Origin: Eledone cirrhosa
Taxonomy: Eukaryota
Assembly (NCBI GenBank): GCA_964016885.1
Contig: OZ024745.1
Coordinates: 79,670,001-79,734,000 of the forward strand
DNA: 64,000 nucleotides
Direction: 5' to 3'
Position 1 is the stretch's first letter; each line of letters starts with the position of its first letter. Positions 26,812 to 39,149 of the stretch are shown in pieces. The translations under genes were made by a program, and so were the position numbers. The notes under the pieces were generated by a model. The model was not told the origin of the DNA and did no database searches. It was given only the letters and a program-made list of their open reading frames with translations.

Positions 26812-27072
26812 GACGTAAAATAAAAAAAATTTAAAAATTAAAAATTAACTTACTTACTAAAATTTTCACTCCAACTAATTAGTTTCTGTAATGGGATAAA
26901 GATAGTTACGCAATGTAACCATCGAGAATTCATTACGTCATCTGGGAGTCTATTCTCAGCTAAGTCTCCAGGCAATGCGCGGACACTAGGGACTCATATA
27001 AAAATAATAATTCGGTGGATGGAACAGCTAGCGGGGACTAAATTCCATAGCACTGAAAAAGTTCACTGTCTC
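26807..27072 (-). mobile_element. PLE 3'-end copy with hammerhead (26868-26949); other copies 46491-46758 and 54225-54466
   Basis: actcc-CAGATGA-cgtaatg..cattaca-GAAA-ct-AATT-ag-TT-ggagt; consensus core across the copies is CTGATGA. Confidence 0.75.
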
Positions 27073-27227
27073 TGGTCAAATGGCAGATTCTAAAGAATCA
27101 ATCACGTGACACTGAGGCTAGTCAGAAGGAGTGGGATGGTATAATGACAAAAGCCTACTACCACTACAATGAATTAGTAGTGGATTTGGCAAGTTTGCTC
27201 AACAAATAAATAATTTGGAGATAAATA

Positions 27228-28064
<837 letters not shown>

Positions 28065-31000
28065 TGGGTAAGTTCCTAAGGTAGTTCTGTAGAGGGTGTG
28101 GTCAGTTGCCGGATATTTTCCATGTGATGGAGTTGATTGTGGGAACGATGGCCAATGGTGTGTAATCCGTGGTTGTGTTGGTCGGAAGAGGGGAGATGTG
28201 GGGTGCGCGCGCAACAGGAAGTGGTCAGAGGGTCAAGGCAGGAGGAGGGTAGAGGAGAATGACAGGTGGAGCGGGTTGTGTGTCTGTGTGTGTGGAGAAG
28301 TGGTCAGAGGGTCAAAGCATAACAGCAGTAGAGGAGAATGGCAGGTGGAGAAAGTCAGTGTGTCAGTGTGTGCGGAGGTGCGGTGGACAGGGGAGAGGAT
28401 GGGTAGGTGTGAAAGGTGGAGTGAGGAGGGGACCGTGCGGGGGGATGGGGTGTGTATTAATAGAGGTGTTAGTGGGATGTGTCTGTGTGTGTGTGTGTGT
28501 GAAGGGGTGTGGGTGGAGCGGGGAGAGGGAGAGAACGGTGTGGGGGACGGTGGAGGGAGTGTAGTGTACTGGTGTGTGTGTGCGTGTTTGGATGAGTGTG
28601 TGTGTGGTGAAGGGGGTGTTAGTGGGTGTTAGTATACTGGTGGTGGGGAAAAGGTTGAAAGTGGGTGTGTTAGTGGGGGTCATTGGTGGTAGAGTGTGTA
28701 GAGTGGGTAGTGTAAGTTTGTGTGGGTGGGGGTGTGTGTTCGTGTGCTTGGGGTCAGGGGGATGTTAGTGGTATTAGTTGTGGGGTGGTGGGAGTGGATG
28801 TGTGGGTGAGGGTTAGTGGTGGTAGTAGGATGTGTGGGTGAGGGTTAGTGGTGGTAGTAGGATGTGTGAGTGCGTGTATATATGTACCGGTGGGTGTGTG
28901 CGTGATAGGGGGCGGGGGGGGGTTAGTATTGTTAGTTGGGAGAGGATGGTCGGGGGTGGGGGTGTTAGTATTGTTAGTTGTAGGGTGGGCGGTGAAAAGG
29001 AGGGGTGTGTTAGTGGTGTTAGTGGGAGATATGTGTGTGCGTGTGTGTGTGTGTGGGGGGATCGAAGGCTAAAGGAATAGGGGTGGGGAGTTCAGGCCGG
29101 GGGAGTGTGGGTCTGTAGGGTGAAGATGGTGCGTTGTTCGACCTTGAGGCGGGTGGCGGGTGTTCCGTGGCATTGGAGTAGGCCACAGACTGTGAGGTGG
29201 TGTGTGGAATGTCCAGGGGAGCCAGAGTGGCGGGCGATGGGGGAACTCCCACCGAGACGAATGAGCTGCGGACGAGGAGGGTGCGGAGATTGCGTGCGCG
29301 TTTGAAGGAGGGGAGTGGTGAGGATGGGAAGATGTTGCAGGTGGAGGGGTCGGACTGGAGGCGTCGGAAGAGGCGGAGCATGGTGCGGTGGAGGGGTAAG
29401 GTGGAGGAGTAGTAGGTGATGGAGAAGGGGAGACGGTGGGTGTGCGGTGGCGTGGGGTGAGGGTGGTGGAGCGGTGGACAGCATGGGCGCGAGTGAGGGC
29501 GGTGTGGACGAGAGAGGGGGGTACCTCTGCGGATGAAATGGCTGACTAAGAGAAGGGCCTGGGACTCAAAGTCAGCATCTCGGCTGCAGAGGCGGCGGAT
29601 CCTGAGGAGTTGGGAGTAGGGAATAGAGTGTTTAGTGTGTGTAGGGTCGGAGGAGGTGAAGTCGAGGTAGGAGTGGGAGTCGGTGGGTTTGAAGAAGAGG
29701 GAGGTGACGAGGTAGTGGTGGGAGGGGTCGATGGCGACGGGGATGTCTAAGAAGTGGACATGGGTGGTGGAGATAGAGGTGGTGAAGTGGAGGGAGGGTG
29801 GGGGTGGAAGGAGCAGAAGAAGGAGAGAAAGGAGTCGAGCTGTTCTCGGGTGAGGGTCGTGGCTCCGATACAGTCGTCGATGTAACGACCGTACAGTTCG
29901 GGTGTGGGGCCGGTGTACTGGGCAAAGATTTGGGCCTCAACATGGCCAACGAAAAGGTTGGCATAGTTTGGGCCCATACTTGTGCCCATGGCTACCCCCG
30001 TGCCTGTTGGTAAAACTCACCCGAGAAGGAGAAACAGTTGAGGGTGAGGACCAGCTCGGCGAGGCGAGGAGGGTGGGGGTGGATGGGATGGGGGAGGGGC
30101 GAAGGTCGAGGTAGTGCTTGAGGACACGTAGGCCGTCGGCGTGGGGGATGACAGTATAAAGCGATTTGATATCTAGGGTGAAGAGGAAGGGCTATGGGCC
30201 AGGTTGGAAGGTGAAGGTGTCGAATAGGCGAAGGGCGTGGTTGGTGTCGGATATGGGGAAGGGGAGGGTGGTGTCGAGGGGGGCGAGGATGGAGTCAAGA
30301 AAGGCGGAGATGAATTCGGTGGGGCAGTTGCAAGCGGAGAGGATGGGGCGGCCGGGATTGTCGGGTTCGTGGAGTTTGGGGAGGAAGTAGATAGTGGGTG
30401 TGCGAGGGGTGCGGACGATGAGGTGGGAAGCGGTGGGGGAGGGGGGGGGGAGGAGACAAGGTGTTGGATGGTGGAGGAAACTTGTTGTTGGTAGAGGGGT
30501 GTGGGGTCGGAGGGTAGAGGGCGGTAGAAGAGGGGGTTACGGAGCTGCCTGAGGGCTTCAGCCGTGTAGGGGTCAGCGCGCCACACCACCACGGCACCTC
30601 CCTTGTCCGCCGGTTTGATGACGATGTCATCTCGGCTACGGAGGGAGCGGAGTGCGAGGAGTTCGCCCCGTGAGATGTTATTCCGTTTGGACCGGTGGCG
30701 GAAGTCAAAGCGATTTACGGCGCTACGGCAGGCGTCGACGAACGCGTCCAGGGTGCTAAATTGCCCTGGGGCCGGCGTCCAAGACGATGGTCGTCGGCCC
30801 AGAGCGAGAAACGGGTCTGGGGCGCTCAGAGCCGGTGGCGTTTGATCGAAATGTGCCTGTAGCTTCGTAGGTCGCACGAATCGCTCGACTTCCGTTCGGG
30901 TGCGGAACTCGTCGCTGTGCGGAGTGTGGGGTATGAAGCGAAGGCCTCTACTGATGAGTGAGCGCTCAGGTACGTAGAGGGGGAGGTCAGGGGGTATGGT

Positions 31001-31560
31001 GACAACAAGTGGTGGGGTTTGGATGTGAAGGAGGAGGGGAGGGTGTGGTGAGGGGTGAGGTGGAGGGTGGAGGTTGGGTAGGGGTGGGGGGATGGGGATG
31101 GGGTCATATGATGGGGTGGAGTGGGGGGAGGAGTGAGTGTAGCTTAAGGGCTTTGGTGGAGGTGAGGAAGGAGAAGAGGTCGTGGTTGAGGTTTTGGATG
31201 AAGAGGAGGATGGAGTGGGCGAGGAGGGGTGGAAGGCGGAGTTAAGGCGGAGGAGGGTGGGGGTCAGTTGGTAGTCAAGTTTGCGGATGGTGGAGCGGGA
31301 GGAGCGGAGGGAGTTGCGCATTAGGAAGCGCGAGGATCGGGTGAGGATACGTTGGGTGGAGGGGGAAGCGGAGGGGGAGGTGTGGAAGTGTAGACGGAAG
31401 CCGAGGAGGATAAGGTGGAGGTGGAGGCAGCGGCTGAGGAAATGGATGTGGCTGGAGTGCCGGGTTTTGGCGGAGAGAAGGTAGGGGAGGAGGGGTGGGG
31501 AAGTTTGAGGCGAGTGTGGAGTTGGTGGAGACAGATCTCAAGCTGGGCATGGTGGGCGTG
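28065..31560 (-). pseudogene. GC-rich Neptune-like PLE, frameshifted RT; GIY-YIG mostly lost
   Basis: LISRGLRFIP, DIVIKPADKGGAVVVW, LPKLH..PGRPI, AMGTSMGPNYANLFVG, RYIDD, FKPTDSHSYL, SFKRARNLRTLLVRS. Confidence 0.85.
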
Positions 31561-31601
31561 GATATATATATATATTTATAAATATATATATAAATATATA
31601 T

Positions 31602-31900
31602 CACATAAGAAACGGAGAATCAGTGGTGCGACGAATCAAATTTATTAGCCATATTACAGTCGTTTCTCTGGCGACCAGTTCGAGGCACGATCGATGCAAT
31701 GATCGAACCTGACTTGCGATTTCAGAGTCAGGTTCGATCATTGCATCGATCGTGCCTCGAGCTGGTCGCATGAGAAACGATTGTAATATGTCTAATAAAT
31801 TTTATTCGTCGCAACACTGATTCTCCGTTTCTTATGTGTAAGAGCATCGAGTGCTCAAACGGCCTACCGCTTACGGACGCTTTAAGCATCCCACACCAAT
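31602..31900. mobile_element. Diverged palindromic element: arms ~31602-31713 / ~31726-31838, tail to 31900
   Basis: Inverted repeat with several mismatches; GAAACGATTGTA resembles a hammerhead 3' half. Confidence 0.75.
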
Positions 31901-32149
31901 TATATAAATATATATATATATACACACAATCATTTATTATGGCTATTAGTGAGCTTTGTTACTCTAGTGTTTCACCTGCGCACTCACAGGATCACCAGTC
32001 TTGTCTGTTGAGTACGCAGGTGAGACTCCTGAGTAATATTCGGTATTAAGTCTTCATTCTTACGTCCGTCAATAGTACACGTACTCTCAGGTTTTGAATA
32101 ATAGTCCCAACTTATTAAAACGCTTATTAATTTGTTAGACCCCCCTCCC

Positions 32150-33384
32150 CAGTTTTTATGTCAGCCGAGGGGTGGGGGTGGGGTTGTCGTTCTGCTGCGA
32201 AAATACCTGGGTCTTGCCACACAGAAGGTACACCTGGACCCGAAGGGTCGACTGGTGGTTTTAGACGTCGACAGTGGTGAAGGTGGAGCTTTCAGGCTGG
32301 TGACAGCGTATGCCCCATCGGGGACACCGCGACCGGACTTCTTCCGACGCCTGGAGAATTTCCTGGGAACGTCTCGCTCCTTGCTTTTAGTGGGGGACTG
32401 GAATGGTATCCTGGATGCACGTTGGGACTATGTAGGGGCATGTCCCGATAGAGGGGGGTGTAACAGCCTCAAACTATTAATCGGACGATTTGATCTGGCC
32501 GATAGATATCGACTAGATTTTCCGACTGTGCCACGGTGGACGTGGAGTAATCGCAGCGGAACATCTAGGTCGTACCTAGATAGGTTCCTAGTTAGAAATA
32601 AGGATAAGGACATATTAAGCTGTTCACGAATGTTCATGGTTGACTATTCGGATCACAAGTTGGTGACCGGAGTGGTCAACCTTGATAGAACTCATAGACA
32701 GGGACCCGGTTACTGGAAGCTAAACTTGTCTTTACCAACAAACAAAGCTTACAGTAAGCGGATTAGCACACTAGTTAAGCAGCGTTTGACGGGGGCAATT
32801 GTCAACAACAGGTGGTGGGGCTCTCTCAAGAGAGAAATTAGAATGGAATCGATAGGTTTTAGTCGGGAATTAGCATCAGATAGGAATAGAACTGAAAGGT
32901 AATTAACAAATAGAGTAGAAGAAGCGATTAGGAGTGGCAACGTGGCCGGCGTGCTGGCGTCAAGAACGGCCCTAGACCAGTTCTTTGATGCGAAGCACGA
33001 GGGCTGCGTTGTCAGGAGTAAAATACGTGCTCTGGGTAACGAGGGAGCCAAAGCTGTTAGCTGGGCCCGAGTGACAGAGGCAAAAAGTGGAAACAAGTCC
33101 ACGATTCGGTCTTTGAAGGACCAGGATGGATGCGTGATCCTTGAACCTGAGCGGATGAGCGCGACCTTTCAACGGCGCTTTGCACGACTGTTCGGGAGGG
33201 GCGGCGGGCCGGGTGGGGCCATGGATTTCGGTCCATACCTCGAAGGTCTGACGCGGTCTCGGACGGGGAGGCGAAGTCCTGCGAGAGGCCGATTTCAGCC
33301 GCTGAAATAGGGGAAGCGCTGAGCCAATGCGGCAAACGCAAATCTCCGGGTCGCGATGGTCTACCATACGAACTTTATGTAGCG
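32150..33384 (+). pseudogene. LINE ORF2 N-terminal part (AP endonuclease), with a stop at 32900-32902 and a frameshift near 33255
   Basis: GRLVVLD, YAP, GDWN, TW..SYLDRF, SDH, GYWKLN; KSPGRDGLPYELY in the next frame. Confidence 0.85.
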
Positions 33385-35412
33385 ATGCCGGGCTTGTTCT
33401 CCGGTCTCCTCGAGGCGGTGTACTGCAACTGGCAACAGAACGGGAGAATTCCCAGTTCTGTGACCAACGGCGTAGTCACGCTGGTGAGGAAGGACGAGAA
33501 CAAGGGGGATGACATAGATAACTTCAGGCCCATAACTCTGCTAAATACAGAGTTAAAGATTTTGGCCAAGGTGTTAGCGAAGAGGTTGGCACTTGTCGTC
33601 GGGAACCTGCTGGGAGAAGCGCAGACATGCGCAATCCCGTCCAGGTCCATACACGACAACCTCCACCTCATGCGATACATCGTAGAGAGGGTAGGGAATG
33701 AACCCGGCTTTGGTGGGGCCCTGATCAACTTGGATCAATCTAAGGCGTTCGATAGGGTTGACCATCGGTACCTGGATGCGGTGCTCGCGGCGGCAGGCTT
33801 CGGACCCGTTTTCAGGGGCTGGATTGCTGCAATGCACAGCAGCAACACCTGCTCGAGGGTCAAGGTGAACGGCTACCTCTCGGAGCCGTTTCAAATTACG
33901 CGATCCATCCAACAGGGATGCCCTCTCTCCTCCCTCCTGTATGTGCTGGCTCTCGAGCCACTACTGCGGAAGCTGGAGCTGTTGCAGGGCATCCCCTTGG
34001 AACCGGGATTGCGGAAAGCGGTGTCGACCTACGCCGATGACGTGACAGTAATGGTGTCGTGCGCCTCGGAAATCGGGCAGATCAGCACCTTACTGGAGGA
34101 ATATGAAAGGTTCACAGGAGCCAAGCAGAACCGGGACAAGTCCGTCGGTTTGCAGCTCGGGACGTGGAGGGGCAAAACGATGCCCTCCGACGGCATCGTC
34201 GGACGCTGGACGGAGGGACTGGTGAAGCTGCTCGGGGTCTGGTTCGGACCGGACCTCCAGGTGGAGAAAAACTGGGACGAGGTAACGGGCAAGGTGTTTG
34301 CACTCGTCCAGAAGTGGGCCGAGTGCAAACTATCCCTGAAAAGTCGAGCGGAGGTGGCGAACGCTTATATAGCGTCCGTCATCTACTACCGCTTGACCGT
34401 CGTGCCTTGCCCAGAGAAAACACTCGCCAAAATGGAGCGCGCGCTCTTCCGATTTCTTTGGAAGAAGCGGGCTCCTTTGGTGAGAAGATCCATCTGCTGT
34501 CAACACCCTTCGAACGGAGGGCTGGGGATGCCGTGGCTGACGATGCGTAGACACGCATTAAGGCTACGGCACCTCCAGGTATTTCTCACCGGTCAGCCGG
34601 TGTGGGCTCTGTTTGTGAGGCGAGCCTTTCCGAGACTCGTCTCACTCACCGAGCTGCAATCTTGGGTCAAGCAAAGATCGAGAAAAGTGGGCGATTGGCA
34701 CATTGAATGTGCCCAGGCGCTCACGGCCTTCTGGCAAGCGGATCCGGCAATCAGTGGAGACTCAACCTCAACATTCTATAGAGGGTTGGTGCGCAGTAAG
34801 AGCGACAACGCTCTCGGAGAGGCTCTGGGCATGGAGGAAGACGAGCTGGCCAGTCTGTTCGGTAGGACGTTTGGCCCGGGACCGATGGACAACTTCCAAA
34901 AGTCCCTGGCTTGGCAATGTTACCGAGGAGCTCTACCCGTTCGGGACAAGCTCTACAGACACGGGCGCCCGGGTAGGGACCCCTCGAAGAAGATCTGTCC
35001 AAGATGCGTGCGTGACGAGGAAACCGTCGCACACGCATTCGTACACTGCCCGGGCGTTGCTGACCTGTGGGGCTATGTAGAACGACTACTGTCGCGGGTG
35101 GGACCAATCCGGTTGACCACCGAGAACATTGTCACGATCAAACCGCCTCCCCCTTTCAAAAACGAAGGAGAGGCGGTTTTCCTCTATGTGATAGCCATGG
35201 CGAAAGAAGTTGTATGGTGGACAAGGTTGAAAGGGCTGAGGTCAGACACCTTTCTCTCCGGCCAACAACTGGTCTTTTTTTTCAAGTACCACTTTAGAAG
35301 AAGGATCAGAATGGAAAGAGAGGTGCTCTACCCCAGCAAGTTTTATGAAAGATGGGTGAAAGTAGCGAGAATGGCCCGAGTGAATGGGCCTTCTCTCTAT
35401 ATCAGCCTGTAG
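33385..35412 (+). CDS. LINE ORF2 reverse transcriptase and C-terminal zinc-binding region
   Basis: FRPITLLN, LDQSKAFDRV, QGCPLS, YADD, CPRC..ETVAHAFVHC. Confidence 0.9.
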   Translation: MPGLFSGLLEAVYCNWQQNGRIPSSVTNGVVTLVRKDENKGDDIDNFRPITLLNTELKILAKVLAKRLALVVGNLLGEAQTCAIPSRSIHDNLHLMRYIVERVGNEPGFGGALINLDQSKAFDRVDHRYLDAVLAAAGFGPVFRGWIAAMHSSNTCSRVKVNGYLSEPFQITRSIQQGCPLSSLLYVLALEPLLRKLELLQGIPLEPGLRKAVSTYADDVTVMVSCASEIGQISTLLEEYERFTGAKQNRDKSVGLQLGTWRGKTMPSDGIVGRWTEGLVKLLGVWFGPDLQVEKNWDEVTGKVFALVQKWAECKLSLKSRAEVANAYIASVIYYRLTVVPCPEKTLAKMERALFRFLWKKRAPLVRRSICCQHPSNGGLGMPWLTMRRHALRLRHLQVFLTGQPVWALFVRRAFPRLVSLTELQSWVKQRSRKVGDWHIECAQALTAFWQADPAISGDSTSTFYRGLVRSKSDNALGEALGMEEDELASLFGRTFGPGPMDNFQKSLAWQCYRGALPVRDKLYRHGRPGRDPSKKICPRCVRDEETVAHAFVHCPGVADLWGYVERLLSRVGPIRLTTENIVTIKPPPPFKNEGEAVFLYVIAMAKEVVWWTRLKGLRSDTFLSGQQLVFFFKYHFRRRIRMEREVLYPSKFYERWVKVARMARVNGPSLYISL

Positions 35413-36023
35413 GTGAGAGAGGAGAAGCTTGAGAAGAGGAAGGAAGCACCCGCTCTTTGTGCTCCTGAAGAGGAGGGTTGCACATTTTTTCGGGGGTGTG
35501 TGCGACCCATGTCAACGCCCCTCCCTATTGAGGACATCGATTGTTAAATTTAGTTTGTTATATGTTTTTTACACGTCTTTTTAAATGTATGTAAACTCCC
35601 CCCTTTGTATTTGTCCCAATCTTTGATGCCCTGGTGGCAAATAAATAGAAATATATATCAATTAACCCCAAACTCTCCCCATCTCTATATCTACTATACG
35701 GAACTCTTTTCCAATCCCTCTCTCTATATCAATAAACATCAATCTCTCCCTCTTTCTATATCTAATATACAACACACTCTCTCAACCATCCTCTCTATAT
35801 CAATTACCACCGAACTCCCCCTCTCTCTATATCTATCTCTCCCAGCTATCTCTACATAACATGTAAATAAATTGTAGCGCATATACAAATAGATGTGTGT
35901 TTTGGTAGTTTGGGGAGAAAAATATAATTATTAGTACGTCCATTTCAGAATACTACTAAGAGCAAATAGGTATATAAGCCCATTCAATACGTGTTTCCCT
36001 GTGGTTGTTAAGATTATATACTC

Positions 36024-36068
36024 ACCTTCTGATGAGGACCCAACTAGGTTTGAAAATCGATTAAAGGT
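36024..36068 (+). ncRNA. Type I minimal hammerhead ribozyme within a probable PLE 3' end (~35655-36240)
   Basis: acctt-CTGATGA-ggacc-caacta-ggttt-GAAA-a-TCGA-t-TA-aaggt. Confidence 0.85.
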
Positions 36069-36324
36069 TTTTAGCAGTTTTTTCAATTTACAGGGAAATT
36101 TGCATTTTCTGGCATGTTCAAATATTTACATATTAGATATGTGAATATTTATATACACATTGGTGGTGTCTCAGTTACACCAACTATATACACAGATATA
36201 ACTTTATCGTACATTTCAGCTGCTTGGTTCACTTCTTAGTATATACATATATATATATGTGTGTGTGTGTGTGTGTATACATACATATATATATATATAT
36301 GTGTGAGTGTGTGTGTGTGTATAC

Positions 36325-36359
<35 letters not shown>

Positions 36360-36376
36360 CACACACACATATGTAT

Positions 36377-36407
<31 letters not shown>

Positions 36408-37109
36408 CACATATTAATGTTCTAGTAACTTGATATAGTGTTGATGTGGATTTCACATCGAAGCAAAGTGAACTTAGTTTTTTGTGGAAAAGTGATATCT
36501 GAAGACATATCGGTCAATATTCAACAATTACAATATCAGATATATAAGGTGGAACAATGACACAAATAAAACAAAGCTTTATTAGTTAAACCATTGTTTA
36601 TCCCGGTAGAATGGATGTGCTTTTTCGAAGTTAATAGTATGGAGTTGCATAATTTCTATCGATTAGTCATCACAGTGATAATTATTTTTTTGCCCTCTGA
36701 AACGACAGAAAAACAATAGATTGAACGTATAATGTGGTATTGATTTGATTTCCTACATAAACAGGAGTCCTTAGATATAGGTCTTTCCCAATGATTTTAC
36801 TGTAACTGATGTGAAATGTCACACCCATTGCTGGTGTTGTTACATGTTTTAACTCCATGTCAACATTAATACACCACTCTTATGATGAAAAGCATTCCAG
36901 TCTTGATTATTCCGTCTTTTTAGATGTATACAACATTACATTACTCAATATGTAATTTCCTTTTTTAAGACTGTATTAAGAGATTTTAGTGAAATTTGAC
37001 TCCTATTTCTAGCAAATCCAGCGACCACGAAGGGACTGTTTCGTTGGCTAGTCTTCTTAATGGTTAAGATCATTGATCGTTGAACAACGGATTTGAGGTA
37101 TTATCTGAC

Positions 37110-37272
37110 ATATATTTACTTACTGAGTTCAAATCCTGCCAAGGTAAAATATACCTTCCATCTCTATCAGAAGTAAAATAAGTACCAGTGAAATACTGGG
37201 ATTAATATAATAGTCTACAGCCATCACTCAAATTGTGTGGCCATGTCCCCAAACTATAAATCTATATTATAT
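37110..37272 (+). mobile_element. Diverged SINE copy
   Basis: gagttcaaatcc; ccttccatc..aaaataagtaccagtg. Confidence 0.6.
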
Positions 37273-37549
37273 TAAAATATAATGTGAGTAATTAGCGTTA
37301 TGAAGTAAAAAGCCACAGTTTAACTTCAACCAATTACAATTCTGTTATCTATTATCAAAATTAAAAAAACAACCAAAACGAAGCTCCAATATGCTATTTT
37401 CGTCTGTTCATGTAAACACTGCATTATACATTATCATTTCAGTGAAAATGGAAAGGCGAAATTTTCAAATCTGTTATCTCTTTTCAAGTCTTTATTTTAT
37501 TTGTCATCTTGTTTCCATATTTTAATCTTGTTATCTTGTCTTGTTATTG

Positions 37550-37599
<50 letters not shown>

Positions 37600-39149
37600 A
37601 TTTTTGCTTCATCTCCCCCTCTGCGTTTCATGTAAATCTACTTCGTCTGTGTGGCTCATCTCGATCAATTTACTCCCATTGTCAACGCTGCAAGTCTGAC
37701 TTGAACCCACTCAGATAGTATTTAAATTGTCTCACCATTACTGTTAAATCAGTAATGAAGTATTGTCATTTAAAAAATATATATATATTATTTACCATTC
37801 ATTACTACGACAGTCTTTCACATCCAATCTTACGACAGGTTTAACATCTTTTATGGTATTGATGATGATGACGATGATGATGATGATGATGAATTGTATC
37901 TGTAGATTCTGATTTACACTAATGTGTAATTTTTTCTATTCATATAGTTGTTCAAGATTACTGTTTGTGTGAAATATTTCAATTACTTCTTTTCATCGTT
38001 TCACACAATTAAATTTGTTACACGATAACAAGAGAGTATTTACTTTTTCACTTGATGGGCTCAAAGTAGCTGCCAAATCTTCTTCATATCACACCCTACC
38101 ATCATAAAAAACACTGGATAATGTAGTCTTGGCTGCATCATAGGGATTTTTAAAAGGTTGGTCATAGCTGGTATACCTTTGAAAATAAGTCTGTTCGATC
38201 AAGGTCGACAAAAAGTTCAACAAAAACATCTTATAAAAGGGTACATTGGGTAATGTAGTCTTGGGTGCATTATACCTTCCAAAAAGATATTTTAAAGGTT
38301 GGTCATAGTTAGTGTACTTTTGAAAATAAGTCTTCTCGATCAAAGTCTATAAAAAGTTAAATCAAAACAACTAAATAGTGTGCAGACGTTGGTGTGTGGT
38401 TAAGAAGTTCACTTCACAACTACATGGCTTTGTGGCTCAATACAACGGTACAATTGGCAGGAGATTTCTACATTAGTGTTAGTTTAACCAAAGCCTTATT
38501 TAGTTGACGGAAAATGTGTGGAGATCTGTTGAAAGAAACGTTCGTTTTGTAGGGCGGGTAGATTGCATATGTTGCCCAGTTTAACATCACCAACTGGCCA
38601 TTGGGTGCTTTTAGTCCATTCTGTTACAAGCATTCAGGCTAGAACACCGGCCTGATGAAAATTTCCTCCTTATCACCCACAAGTTCCTAGGCCTAGAAGA
38701 AAATAATGGATACTGACTTTACTCTTCTAAGTCAGTTTGTTACAATAGAAGAATACATAGTATGAAGTATTAAATAAAATACTAGCCTGCATTTCACACG
38801 CATCGATATAACACAAACTTTGACTGCCTTGAAGCAACGTCGCCATTTTTCAAAGAAACATCACACACTTTGCTACAGTGATCAACATCCATGCCAAAAT
38901 ATTCCTATAAAAAAAAAATGAAAGTTGACAAGAGGTCAGGTATACACATATACGTACTCATACATACATATATCTAAATGTATGGGGATAAAGCAAAGAT
39001 AAGAGTGGTATAAGTGGTGTTTATATATATGTATGTATATATATATAGAAAATATAAAAAACAAAAATTCTTGAGAGTTCCATAGACCAATAAGGAGGCA
39101 TGAAGCAACAAGGTCTTTTCGCTGAATCAACTCTCTTAAATTAATCGTA

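Larger units (their letters stand above)
32150..35650 (+). mobile_element. Tx1/L1-clade LINE, 5'-truncated ORF2 plus 3' UTR
   Basis: APE endonuclease, RT, C-terminal Cys/His motif, AATAAA near 35640. Confidence 0.9.

Noticed and set aside
31955-32005. Minus-strand CTGGTGA-cctgtg/cgcagg-GAAA
   Set aside because: No stem I and a core mutation.
36420-38940. Possible host exons in the less repetitive stretch
   Set aside because: No recognisable protein motif or supportable exon structure.
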